64,000 bases of DNA from Promethearchaeota archaeon. Lineage in GTDB: Archaea; Asgardarchaeota; Lokiarchaeia; Sigyniarchaeales; SOKP01. The notes under the pieces were generated by a model, which was not told where the DNA came from, made no database searches, and saw only the letters and a list, made by a program, of their open reading frames with translations. Each line of letters begins with the position of its first letter. The stretch's first letter is position 1. Position numbers and translations under genes: made by a program. The stretch spans positions 416,001-480,000 of the forward strand of contig JBHLNF010000002.1 of assembly GCA_048937405.1 (NCBI GenBank). Direction: 5' to 3'. Of this stretch, positions 39,871 to 49,315 are shown one piece after another.

Positions 39871-40038
39871 TTATGCAAAACAGGTATCCCCACTCCCACA
39901 CAGTCGTGCTTTAGGATCTGGCCATTTTTCTCTTGGCTCCATCACCCAAAGATCATTTAACTTTATTTTTTTTAGTTCTTCTAAAGGAATTGCAGATAAC
40001 CTTTTGAGTTTGATTCCTACTTTTTTCTTTTCCTCCAT
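39871..40038 (-). CDS. Putative RiPP precursor peptide, 55 aa (not in ORF track)
   Basis: MEEKKKVGIKLKRLSAIPLEELKKIKLNDLWVMEPREKWPDPKARLCGSGDTCFA*. The stop is 27 bp before the rSAM start on the same strand; there is an alternative in-frame ATG at 40047. Confidence 0.75.
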   Translation of the reverse strand: MEEKKKVGIKLKRLSAIPLEELKKIKLNDLWVMEPREKWPDPKARLCGSGDTCFA

Positions 40039-40194
40039 ATATCTCATTCACGGATTTCGGTTATTGAAATTATTTTGCAATAATTTACAATAATGTAAAT
40101 CTCAATATTATTTAAGTTTTTTTAAATTAAGTCTCCTTCAGAATTAAAGAGAAAATAAAAAAAGAGTAATTATAAATTTAAGATTCTTGAATGA

Positions 40195-41091
40195 TTATAT
40201 AAATGAAGTTAAACTGTATCCCAAACGTGCTACTTCAGCTGATTGGATTTGAACGTAAAGATCACCGGAAAGAATACCGTTTCCAAATATTAGGTGTTGC
40301 TTAGGAGTCAATCCTAGAGAAGAATTGGCCAAATGATAATACAAGCGTTTTTGGGTCAAATTAGGAAGCACATTTTCAATAAAATATGAAGATGCTAAAT
40401 AGATATTAAATACTTCCTCTTCATAATCTACTAACGTTATTTTATCGATTATTGCTTGTCCATATATAGTACACACATAATCTCCTCCTCTTAAAAACCA
40501 TGCATGAACCATACGGGATAAATCTACTGAAATTGTATGGCCCATTGAGACAGTAACCTCAAAAATCTCATCTTGAAACTCAGGAGTCACACATTTAGCT
40601 CTAATTTGGATACACGGCTCAGGACGAGGTCCAGCTAGCATACCTACAACATATGTTTTGACTCCATCGACAGAGATGATAACATCACCCTCTGTAGGAT
40701 TATCACAAGTTGCCGGTATAATGTTTTCAATTGGTTTTTCATCACCATCAGCAATTACTATCTTTGTGCCTCTTATAAAACAAGTAGGTGGTTTTCCAAC
40801 GAGATTACCAAATTGTGTTAAAGGAAAAACACCTATTCCTACAAGTTCATGAGTAAAATCAATTTTATTCTGAAATTTAGATTTTAAAACCATATCCATT
40901 AATTTAACATCCATTAAACTCAATTTTCTTACCTCAAAATTATGAATCTCTAAATTGATAATATAATTGAAGATGAGCAAATATTTAACTTTTTTGTCAA
41001 AAATTCTTTGAAAAGGTTCAAGTATTTTTAAATTTTGTCCCAATTTCCCTTGAAATTGGGTTGGAAAGGTAAATTCAGAGTTAGTTTTCAA
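40195..41091 (-). CDS. Hint (Hedgehog/intein-like) domain protein; start uncertain
   Basis: Block A PT|CFIRGTKIVIADG..KPIENI, block B VSMGH, block F VFNI, end GNGILSGD (no His-Asn). Confidence 0.8.
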   Translation of the reverse strand: MKTNSEFTFPTQFQGKLGQNLKILEPFQRIFDKKVKYLLIFNYIINLEIHNFEVRKLSLMDVKLMDMVLKSKFQNKIDFTHELVGIGVFPLTQFGNLVGKPPTCFIRGTKIVIADGDEKPIENIIPATCDNPTEGDVIISVDGVKTYVVGMLAGPRPEPCIQIRAKCVTPEFQDEIFEVTVSMGHTISVDLSRMVHAWFLRGGDYVCTIYGQAIIDKITLVDYEEEVFNIYLASSYFIENVLPNLTQKRLYYHLANSSLGLTPKQHLIFGNGILSGDLYVQIQSAEVARLGYSLTSFI

Positions 41092-41109
41092 TAAAAAATC
41101 CTTTGAAAA
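41061..41109. repeat. 49-bp imperfect direct repeat, copy B
   Basis: 41/49 identical to 38075-38123. Confidence 0.7.
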
Positions 41110-41261
41110 AAATTTAAGAAAGTCTCTATAATAATTACTAAATTGAAATCCTTTTAATTTTACAAGTTAGCGAAAAACCAGATAATAATTTTGATATTTG
41201 ATAGAGAAATTAGTATGTAATCTATAAATTAAAAGAATCATTTTTTAATAAATAATTTAGG

Positions 41262-42545
41262 GTGTATGAATTGAACGAAATGAAGAGAGAAAAAATAAGG
41301 AAAAACCAAGAGAGTGGATTTACACTAGCGCGTGAGCAAAAGATACAGACTGTTTATTCAGGTATATATGTAATTGGGGCGATTGGAAATGCTGTTGCTA
41401 TCGAGACTGACTTTGGATTCATTCAAATTGACACCGGTACTGATGAAAAAATGGCAAAAAATATTATTGCTCAACTTAGAACAATTTCAGATATCCCAAT
41501 TCATACAATCATTTATAGTCACGGGCATAATAGTTATAATTTTGGAATAAAAGCTTTTCTCAAGGAGGCTGAAAAACGCGGAGAACCTCGTCCTCAAATC
41601 ATTGCTCATGAGCGTCTTCCTGTGCGTTACTGGCGCTATCAAGAGACTTTAGAACTTCAAAATTATCTTTCGAATATTCAATTCCGGTACCCTCTCGAAA
41701 GAAAAATGCAAAATGTCTATGTTTTTCCAGATATAACTTTTAGTGATATTTTACGCCTGAATATGGGAAATCGTACGGTGGAGATTCTTTGGGCACCCTC
41801 GGAAACAGATGATTCTATCGCAGTGTGGTTACCTAAGGAACGTGTACTCTACGGTGGCCCTGCAGTGATAATGAGTTGTCCCAACATCGGAACACCGTTA
41901 CGTACAATACGCGATTCTATACGCTGGGCTGACACCTTAGATAAGATGATTAACTTACGTCCGGATGTACTGATTCCATCATATGGTTCTACTATAAAAG
42001 GAACCGAAGAAATTCAAAAAATACTTGGAAACATGGTTGAAGGTCTCAGATATTTAAGACGCGAGGTTGTAAAGAGAATGAATCAAGGAATGACCGATGT
42101 AGAGATTTTACATGATATTAATTATCCACCCGAGCTATTTGATCAACCATGGACTAAACCAACTTATGGATGTCCTGATATGATCGTGCGAGATATTTAT
42201 CGTTCAGAAAATGGTTGGTGGGACCGAAATCCGACCAATCTTCATCCTGCTAGACCTGATTTGGCAGCTAGGGCAATTTTTGAGGCTATTGGAGATCACA
42301 AACAGGTGTTGGAAAAGGCTAAGCAATTAATGGATTCAGGTGAGGTTCAGTTAGCACTTCATGTTATTGATCTCTTGGCTCTAGCAAATGGGGAAGAAAG
42401 AGAGATATGGGAAGCGAAAAAACTTAAATCGAAATTACTTCACCTCAAATCTAAGGAAGTTCCTTCAATTGTTTCCACTAATCTCTATTTAAGCCATGCA
42501 GATCTTCTTGATAAAATGATTCAGGATCATAATACAGAAGAATAA
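41262..42545 (+). CDS. Alkyl/aryl-sulfatase-like MBL-fold hydrolase with dimerization domain
   Basis: IDTG, IIYSHGH, APSETDD, PNIGTP.R, YG..VRDIY...GWWD.NP.NLHP. Confidence 0.82.
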   Translation: MYELNEMKREKIRKNQESGFTLAREQKIQTVYSGIYVIGAIGNAVAIETDFGFIQIDTGTDEKMAKNIIAQLRTISDIPIHTIIYSHGHNSYNFGIKAFLKEAEKRGEPRPQIIAHERLPVRYWRYQETLELQNYLSNIQFRYPLERKMQNVYVFPDITFSDILRLNMGNRTVEILWAPSETDDSIAVWLPKERVLYGGPAVIMSCPNIGTPLRTIRDSIRWADTLDKMINLRPDVLIPSYGSTIKGTEEIQKILGNMVEGLRYLRREVVKRMNQGMTDVEILHDINYPPELFDQPWTKPTYGCPDMIVRDIYRSENGWWDRNPTNLHPARPDLAARAIFEAIGDHKQVLEKAKQLMDSGEVQLALHVIDLLALANGEEREIWEAKKLKSKLLHLKSKEVPSIVSTNLYLSHADLLDKMIQDHNTEE

Positions 42546-43111
42546 TTTTTATCAATATTTTTCAATAAAAAATTCAATAATGTATCAACAGCATCTTCTA
42601 AATCTCCAGAATTATCTATAATATAATCTGCTTCAGGAAATTCTTGGTTTAATCGTGCTCGATTAATTCTTTCTTCTAACATTTCTGAATTTTCTCTTCC
42701 CCGCTTACTTAAACGCTTAATAATTATATCAAGAGGAGCATCTATAAAAACTACTTTAATATTTTTATAAAGTTCTCTAGCTCTATGCACTATTGTCCGA
42801 CTCACATTGATTATGACAGGATTTCCTTTTTTAAGAAATTCATCAATTTCTATTGGAATTCCATAATCTAGATTATAAATATGCCATTTCAATGCAAATT
42901 GCCCATTTTCTTCCATGTATTTAAATTTTTCTACAGTAATTGATATGTTTTTTTCAGTTTGAGAGGATTCTCTTGTAATATATCTTTTTGGAGCATAAAT
43001 CTGTTTCAAATGGGAAGGATATTTTTTGATGATTTCAGAGATTATAGTATCCTTCCCAGATCCAGAATTCCCAACAATTAAAAATAGTGTACCCATTAAT
43101 TCTTTTGCCAT
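42527..43111 (-). CDS. phnN: Ribose 1,5-bisphosphokinase / guanylate kinase-like P-loop kinase
   Basis: VGNSGSGKD, RYITR, FALKW..YGI, NVSR, RGRE. Confidence 0.75.
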   Translation of the reverse strand: MAKELMGTLFLIVGNSGSGKDTIISEIIKKYPSHLKQIYAPKRYITRESSQTEKNISITVEKFKYMEENGQFALKWHIYNLDYGIPIEIDEFLKKGNPVIINVSRTIVHRARELYKNIKVVFIDAPLDIIIKRLSKRGRENSEMLEERINRARLNQEFPEADYIIDNSGDLEDAVDTLLNFLLKNIDKNYSSVL

Positions 43112-43273
43112 TTTACTCTACTTATTACACTTTTAATTAATACTCAATCCACGTTTCTATTAAGTGTTAAATCACTTTAGAATGATTAAGTCTAAAATGG
43201 ATATATATTATATAAATTGAATGATTTATACTGAAAATAAAAAAGAATTAAAATATAATTAACGATATAAATC

Positions 43274-43285
43274 TTAGTTAACTAA
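43274..43285. promoter_or_regulatory. Palindrome TTAGTTAACTAA, candidate operator of the DtxR-family regulator
   Basis: Perfect 12-bp palindrome just downstream of TATA-like GATATAAA and 38 nt upstream of the regulator ATG. Confidence 0.4.
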
Positions 43286-43323
43286 TTTATTATACTAGAA
43301 ATTTTGAACATTCTCCTAAAATA

Positions 43324-43746
43324 ATGGCGAAAAGAAGAATAAATGAAAACACAAAAATATCGGATATTCCAGAGAGTTATCAGAGATATTTAGATGAGAT
43401 TCATTCAATTTCTAAAAATAAAAAAGGTGGATGGGTGAGTAACAAGGAGATTGCTGAGAATCTTAAAGTAGAACCTGCTTCGGTAAGTGGTATGCTCGAA
43501 AAACTAAAAAAAAAGGAATTAATTAAATGGGAACCAAGAAAAGCTATAAGGTTAACAGAAAAGGGAAAAAAAATTGCTAAGCAATTAGATGAGACACACA
43601 CCCTACTTCATCAGTTTTTTGCAGAAGTATTAAAAATAGAAGATCAAGAGGTTATCGAGGACCTATCTTGTGAAATAGAACATCATATTACTCGGGATGT
43701 AAAGAATTCATTAAAAGAATTCCTCTCAAAATATTCAGATAATTAG
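43324..43746 (+). CDS. DtxR/MntR family metal-dependent transcriptional regulator
   Basis: YL..I, EIAENLKVEPASVSGML, LTEKG, CEIEHH. Confidence 0.9.
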   Translation: MAKRRINENTKISDIPESYQRYLDEIHSISKNKKGGWVSNKEIAENLKVEPASVSGMLEKLKKKELIKWEPRKAIRLTEKGKKIAKQLDETHTLLHQFFAEVLKIEDQEVIEDLSCEIEHHITRDVKNSLKEFLSKYSDN

Positions 43747-43811
43747 ATTTAATTATAATCCTTAATTCATTGATGCAATGAACATAAATTATATTCTTAA
43801 AAGTATTTAAA

Positions 43812-44573
43812 ATGTCTGAGGAAATAAAGCAAAAAATTAATCAAGTCAATGAGATCTTTGAAAATTTTTCCAACTTTATTGAATTGAGTGATTTTAGATC
43901 ATATTTATTATTTACATTAACTAGTCAAGTACCCACAAATATCTTGGCTCAAATTGGCTTAGGCGGTAATAAAGAGATTATCAATTTACCTTATAATCCA
44001 TTATTCAATATATATTATCAGAAAATTAATTTAATCTCTGCAGGATCTCTAATAATTTTCATAAAAAACAACCCAATTACTGATAAATTCACTTTAGATA
44101 AAGAAGATCCTATAATAAAAACTTATCTCAACACTAATGAAATGAGTCTTGCTTTTCGAGGTAAAGAGAAATTTCTTTTACCAAAAATTAGTGATTGTAG
44201 TGCTTTTGATATTGATGGAAATTCAAAATTAAATGTAAAAGTCGATGATATTTTCCATTCTTTAGAAAGTTTTTTAGCTGTTGCTGAACCAAACTTAATT
44301 TTTGTTATTGATGCGACAAATGAATCAGAATCTGATCTAATCTTTACCTTTAATATGATGCCAGAAATGCCAAGTCGCATGGATCAGAAGGTTTTAAAAA
44401 TTGATGTATTTTTTGATAAAGATCATAAAACAAAAGATATGGTTTATCTAAAACGAGAAGAAGATTTTACTGTTAAATTTTTAAAAGATATAAAAGAAGT
44501 GAGTCATGCTGACTTATATAAATCCGCTTTTTCGTTAATTTTACATGTTAAATCGTTTTTAAAACCATATTAA
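43812..44573 (+). CDS. Hypothetical protein
   Basis: 253-aa ORF with normal composition; no motif recognised. Confidence 0.6.
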   Translation: MSEEIKQKINQVNEIFENFSNFIELSDFRSYLLFTLTSQVPTNILAQIGLGGNKEIINLPYNPLFNIYYQKINLISAGSLIIFIKNNPITDKFTLDKEDPIIKTYLNTNEMSLAFRGKEKFLLPKISDCSAFDIDGNSKLNVKVDDIFHSLESFLAVAEPNLIFVIDATNESESDLIFTFNMMPEMPSRMDQKVLKIDVFFDKDHKTKDMVYLKREEDFTVKFLKDIKEVSHADLYKSAFSLILHVKSFLKPY

Positions 44574-44810
44574 AATAAATTTCACTTCTCTTTTTTTTAC
44601 TTTTTACCATAAATTAATTTATTCAGGTTGCTATTATCGCATTAATATTAATAATAGCATTATTAGGTTATTGATAGAAATATATTCGTTAGCCATTAAT
44701 CAATTAATATCATTAAAGGATTAATATAGTTAATTTATAAAACATCCGACAAAATATATAAAATATAGTTATCATACCTCGTCTAAATTTTAAGAAATTT
44801 ACAAAAAGGG

Positions 44811-45023
44811 TTGTCTAAATTGAAAATCATTACAATTAATTTACCAGAAAAATATTTACAAGCAATTCAAATTCTTAATGATATGGGGGTCTATCCTTCC
44901 CGTAGTGAAGCTATAAGAATTGCATTGCATCAATTTTTAACAAATGAGTTGAAAATGTTTAAAGATCTCGAAGATGACTGCTTTAAAATGTTAATAAGAA
45001 GTAAATCTAAAAAAAATAATTAA
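44811..45023 (+). CDS. Ribbon-helix-helix (CopG/Arc/MetJ) protein
   Basis: IITINLP..YL......GVYPSRSEAIR. Confidence 0.85.
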   Translation: MSKLKIITINLPEKYLQAIQILNDMGVYPSRSEAIRIALHQFLTNELKMFKDLEDDCFKMLIRSKSKKNN

Positions 45024-45288
45024 TTCCTCTTTTTTTTATTATCTTTAAATTTTAGAATTTATGGATATAAACGATCCCCGTTGATTTTTTTATAACCCTG
45101 TATATGTGTAATTTTCAATTTTTCTCTTATAATTGAGATAATTTATATCCTAATTCGTTAAAAACTTCGAATTTTTATTTTCTTGTGCTTATAGATCAAG
45201 ATATAAATATCTAATTATTATATTTTCATTTAGAACCAAATGATTCAGAATTTGTTTTTTTGTAAAAAACTTTTTAAAGGTAAAATTA

Positions 45289-45927
45289 ATGAAAATTGCA
45301 ATTATTGGGACAGGAAGATTAGGAACAGCACTGGGGAAAATTTGGGCAGAAAAAGAACATAAAATTATGTTTGGATCTCTTGATCCACAGAAAGCCAAGA
45401 AATTAGCTAATTCAATAGGATTTGGTACAGTTGGTAGTACATATGAAGAAGCTGTAAAATTTTCTGATGTAATCATTCTAGCAGTTCCTTGGTCAGGCGC
45501 AAAAGAATCAATCCAAAACGCAGGAAATCTAAATGATAAGATTATTATAGATTCTACAACTACTGCAGCTCCTCATGTAGGTGGACCAATGATTTCACCT
45601 ACTCCATCGGCAGCAGAAAAAATCGCAAAATGGGCAGTAGGGGCAAAAGTAGTAAAAGCAGTTCACACAATTGGAGTAGAAAGTCTAAAAAAATTACAAT
45701 TCGGTTCCCAAACAGCAAGTTTATTTATTTGTGGAGATTATTTAGATGCCAAATCAAAAGCGAAAGAATTAGGATTTGATCTTGGATTTGATGTTATTGA
45801 CGCGGGACCATTAATAAATGCTAGACTTATTGAACCTCTGGGAATGCTTTGGATTGAGTTAGCTTATAATCAGGGAATGGGTACTGATATTGCATTCAAA
45901 TTATTGCGACGTAGATTGGCAAAATAA
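45289..45927 (+). CDS. NADPH-dependent F420 reductase-like oxidoreductase
   Basis: MKIAIIGTGRLG, ILAVPW, VVKA, ICGD, DAGPL.NARLIEP. Confidence 0.82.
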   Translation: MKIAIIGTGRLGTALGKIWAEKEHKIMFGSLDPQKAKKLANSIGFGTVGSTYEEAVKFSDVIILAVPWSGAKESIQNAGNLNDKIIIDSTTTAAPHVGGPMISPTPSAAEKIAKWAVGAKVVKAVHTIGVESLKKLQFGSQTASLFICGDYLDAKSKAKELGFDLGFDVIDAGPLINARLIEPLGMLWIELAYNQGMGTDIAFKLLRRRLAK

Positions 45928-46094
45928 AAAACTGAAATATACTGTTTTTTCTTTCCAGTTTTATTTTAAAATATTAACATAAAGTGTTTTTATCTTTTTT
46001 TAATACATAAATCTAAAAAATAGAGTAAATTTTAAACTTATAAATAATCATATTTAAAATTATATTATAACAACTGCTTTGTATTAATTGAAAA

Positions 46095-47135
46095 ATGAAG
46101 ATTGCACGATATTTTAGTAATGATAACATAATAACTGATGAAATGCCTAAACCAATAATTGGTCCAGAAGAATTTCTTGTCAAAGTTAAAAAATCTGGCA
46201 TTTGTGGCTCAGATATTTTGGAATATTATCGAAAAGCAAAAATGAAAAAATTAGGTGTTGATTCATTAATTTTGGGTCATGAAATCGCAGGTGATATCGC
46301 TGAGATTGGTGAATCAGTTAAACACCTAAAAGTAGGAGATCGTGTATTTGTTTCTCATCATGTTCCTTGTTTTGAATGTTACTATTGTAAACAGGGACAT
46401 CATACAGCATGTGAATTACTTCATAACACAAATTTTGATCCTGGTGGTTTTGCTGAATATGTTAGAATACCCAAAATCAATATAGAAAAAAAAGGGGTTT
46501 ACGTTTTAGATAAGAATATCTCTTATGAGGAAGCCGTATTTATTGAACCTTTAGGATGTGTATGCAGAGCACAACGTTTAGCAAATGTTAAAAAAGGATC
46601 TTTTGTCTTGGTTTTAGGATGTGGTGTATCTGGGTTATTGCATATACGATTAGCAAAACTAAGAGGTGCTGAAAAGATAATTGCTACAGATATTAATGAG
46701 TTTCGTCTCCAAAAGGCAAAAGAATTTGGAGCAGATGAAATATTTAACGCTAATGTAGATTTACCTAAAGAAATAAAAGAAATAAATAAGTTTAGATTAG
46801 CTGATATTGTGATAGTATGTACCGGTGCTTTATCTGCAGCCAATCAAGCTTTAGAATGTGCAGCTCCAGGAAGCAAAGTCATTTTTTTTGCAGTTCCACG
46901 GCCAGGAATAAATTTACAGGTTCCCATAAACAAATATTGGAGAAATGAAATTACAATTATGACGTCTTATGGTGCAGCACCCGAGGACCTTGATGAGGCA
47001 TATAATTGGATACTTTCAAAGCGAATAGATGTAATAGATCTAATTACTCATAGATTCCCTCTCAGTAAAGCTGAAGAAGCTTTTAAAGTTGTGTGTCAAG
47101 CTACTAATTCTATGAAGGTACTACTTGAACCTTAA
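46095..47135 (+). CDS. Zn-dependent alcohol/polyol dehydrogenase (MDR family)
   Basis: GICGSD, GHE, CxxCxxC...C, GCGVSG. Confidence 0.92.
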   Translation: MKIARYFSNDNIITDEMPKPIIGPEEFLVKVKKSGICGSDILEYYRKAKMKKLGVDSLILGHEIAGDIAEIGESVKHLKVGDRVFVSHHVPCFECYYCKQGHHTACELLHNTNFDPGGFAEYVRIPKINIEKKGVYVLDKNISYEEAVFIEPLGCVCRAQRLANVKKGSFVLVLGCGVSGLLHIRLAKLRGAEKIIATDINEFRLQKAKEFGADEIFNANVDLPKEIKEINKFRLADIVIVCTGALSAANQALECAAPGSKVIFFAVPRPGINLQVPINKYWRNEITIMTSYGAAPEDLDEAYNWILSKRIDVIDLITHRFPLSKAEEAFKVVCQATNSMKVLLEP

Positions 47136-47142
47136 AGGATCC

Positions 47143-48069
47143 CTAATCTAGATTCAATAATTTTGCTGCATTTTCTCCTAGAATAGCTTCAATTTCTTCC
47201 TCTGAAAAGACTATTCCTTTTGGAGACGTTTTAGGTAGACTTTTTATCTTTTCAATTAGTTTTTTTGCTGGTAAAATAACATCGTAAAATGGGGAATCAG
47301 ACCCAAATAATATCTTTTCCACCCCAACATAATCAATTATATCTCGCAATTCTCGACAGAATAACTCAAATTTCCCAAAAGCATACGGTCCCCACATAGC
47401 GAAATCTCCATAAAGATTTGGATTATGTACTGCAAGTGCAGCCCAAGGTCTCCAATTTATTTGCCCCATATGAGCAGCAATTACTCTAAGATGAGGAAAG
47501 TCAGCTAGAATGTCAGAAAGAACTAGAGGATCTGTAAATTTACTTCTTACAGCTCGGAGTGGACCAGTATGAGTTAATAATATACCATTATTCTTCTCTA
47601 AATAACCTAATAATTCATAAGATTCAGGACCACTAGGATCAAAACCAGTATCGGGGTGATATTTAAGTCCCTTCATATCAAATTCCTCAAAACATTGTTT
47701 CAGCATATCTAAAGCTTCTGAACGCCGGGGATCAACTCCAGCAAAAGCCATCAATCTATTAGGGTATTCCTTAGCAATTTCGCTGATTCTCTTATTAAGA
47801 TATTGATTTAATTCAGGTGTGAAATTTTCATTGTTAATGTTATCGACACGGCAGACTATAGTAAAATCTATATTTGCATTATCCATGTGTTCTATTACTT
47901 TTTTGCCCTCCTTATCACTCCATAATACTACACATTTTTGAATTAATGCATCCTCATCTGGTTTTAATCCCATAATTTTAGCTACTCTTAGAAGCTCCGG
48001 AATACCAAATTTGACCGCTTCAGGCGTTACATCAATAGGACTAAGATGATAATGAACATCTATAATCAT
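47143..48069 (-). CDS. Amidohydrolase_2 family protein
   Basis: IDVHYH, GLKYHP, HTG, AHMG, FGSD. Confidence 0.9.
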   Translation of the reverse strand: MIIDVHYHLSPIDVTPEAVKFGIPELLRVAKIMGLKPDEDALIQKCVVLWSDKEGKKVIEHMDNANIDFTIVCRVDNINNENFTPELNQYLNKRISEIAKEYPNRLMAFAGVDPRRSEALDMLKQCFEEFDMKGLKYHPDTGFDPSGPESYELLGYLEKNNGILLTHTGPLRAVRSKFTDPLVLSDILADFPHLRVIAAHMGQINWRPWAALAVHNPNLYGDFAMWGPYAFGKFELFCRELRDIIDYVGVEKILFGSDSPFYDVILPAKKLIEKIKSLPKTSPKGIVFSEEEIEAILGENAAKLLNLD

Positions 48070-48209
48070 TTTAAACCTCTCACTTTTTTACTCCTAGTTT
48101 TTAATTAATAATTATTATAATATTCTAAACTTAATTTATTTGAACAATTTTAGAAATTTACTCAATATGTTTTTAATCCAGTTAAAGTATAATTTAGAGA
48201 ATACTCTTT

Positions 48210-49196
48210 TTAAAAATTTTGACTCTGTTGAATATGTTTTCTTATAATCCATGATTCCCAAAATCTATAAATATCTGATACAAAACCTTTTAATTTCTTT
48301 TTAGGGAAGAATAAATCCATCTTAAGTAATTCATCGACAGCTCTGTTCTCAGATTTATTTAATAGATTCTTTTCTCTTAGAGCTTTATCTACTTTTTCTT
48401 GATTAATTCGAATTTTTTCTCTCATATAGTCAAAAGGAGAGTTATCTGGATATTTTACAATATAAGAATGACTTGAAGTTAAATATTTACTATTATTAAG
48501 GAAAATTTTCTCTGCTTTATTAATATCTTCTATATATTGAGTAATTGAACATTGTTTGAATCCATACCAAGGACCATAACCTTCTATTTGTGGTGAAGGT
48601 TTATCGAAACCTAAACAACTAATATGAAAAACTTTATCATCAGGTAAAAAGAATCCTGTATGTCCATTTGAATGCCCAGAAAAAGATAATGTGTTGATCT
48701 TAAAATCTTCAAATTTTAGTGTTTCTCCTGGTCTAAATGAATTAACTTGAGTACATTTTTGAAATCCATTAGCTTGTGCGAAACTTTTAACAGTATCGAA
48801 GTCAAGTTCTTCATCAAATCCAAAACCCTTATAAAAAATATGAAGATCTAATAAAAACTCTGCCTCTGGGTGTGGAGCATAGATTGCTGCTCCAACTTCT
48901 TCCCAAGCATGAATATGACAAGTGTGGTCAAGATGACCATGAGAACATACATAATTTGAAATAGGACCATAGATTTTATTTAAAGAAAATACATATTTTG
49001 GTTCTATGTTTAAATCAAGAACCACAGTTTTTTTATTGTGACCTCCTGTTGGTAAAATGAGAAGCCCATCACAGCAAGAAAAAAAGAACGGATGCTTTAT
49101 TTGATGGATTAATAGAATATTTTCTTTTACTTGTCTAATTTCAAGGTTTTCGATTTTTGGTAAAGTCATAGAAATAAAATGTTGCAAACTATTCAA
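48210..49196 (-). CDS. MBL-fold metallo-hydrolase
   Basis: SHGHLDH, GHSNGH, SSH. Confidence 0.85.
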   Translation of the reverse strand: MNSLQHFISMTLPKIENLEIRQVKENILLIHQIKHPFFFSCCDGLLILPTGGHNKKTVVLDLNIEPKYVFSLNKIYGPISNYVCSHGHLDHTCHIHAWEEVGAAIYAPHPEAEFLLDLHIFYKGFGFDEELDFDTVKSFAQANGFQKCTQVNSFRPGETLKFEDFKINTLSFSGHSNGHTGFFLPDDKVFHISCLGFDKPSPQIEGYGPWYGFKQCSITQYIEDINKAEKIFLNNSKYLTSSHSYIVKYPDNSPFDYMREKIRINQEKVDKALREKNLLNKSENRAVDELLKMDLFFPKKKLKGFVSDIYRFWESWIIRKHIQQSQNF

Positions 49197-49315
49197 TATA
49201 TTGCGATATAAAATAAATTAGAATTTAATAAATTAACCTTGAAGAATTTTGTTTTTTGAAAAAAGATTTCTCATGATGAGAAAAGGATTGAAAGAACTTG
49301 AAGACATTTTGATCT

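Noticed and set aside
36818-42545. tRNA-targeted integrative element
   Set aside because: No integrase and no duplicated tRNA 3' end were seen; the accessory genes lie on the 5' side of the tRNA.
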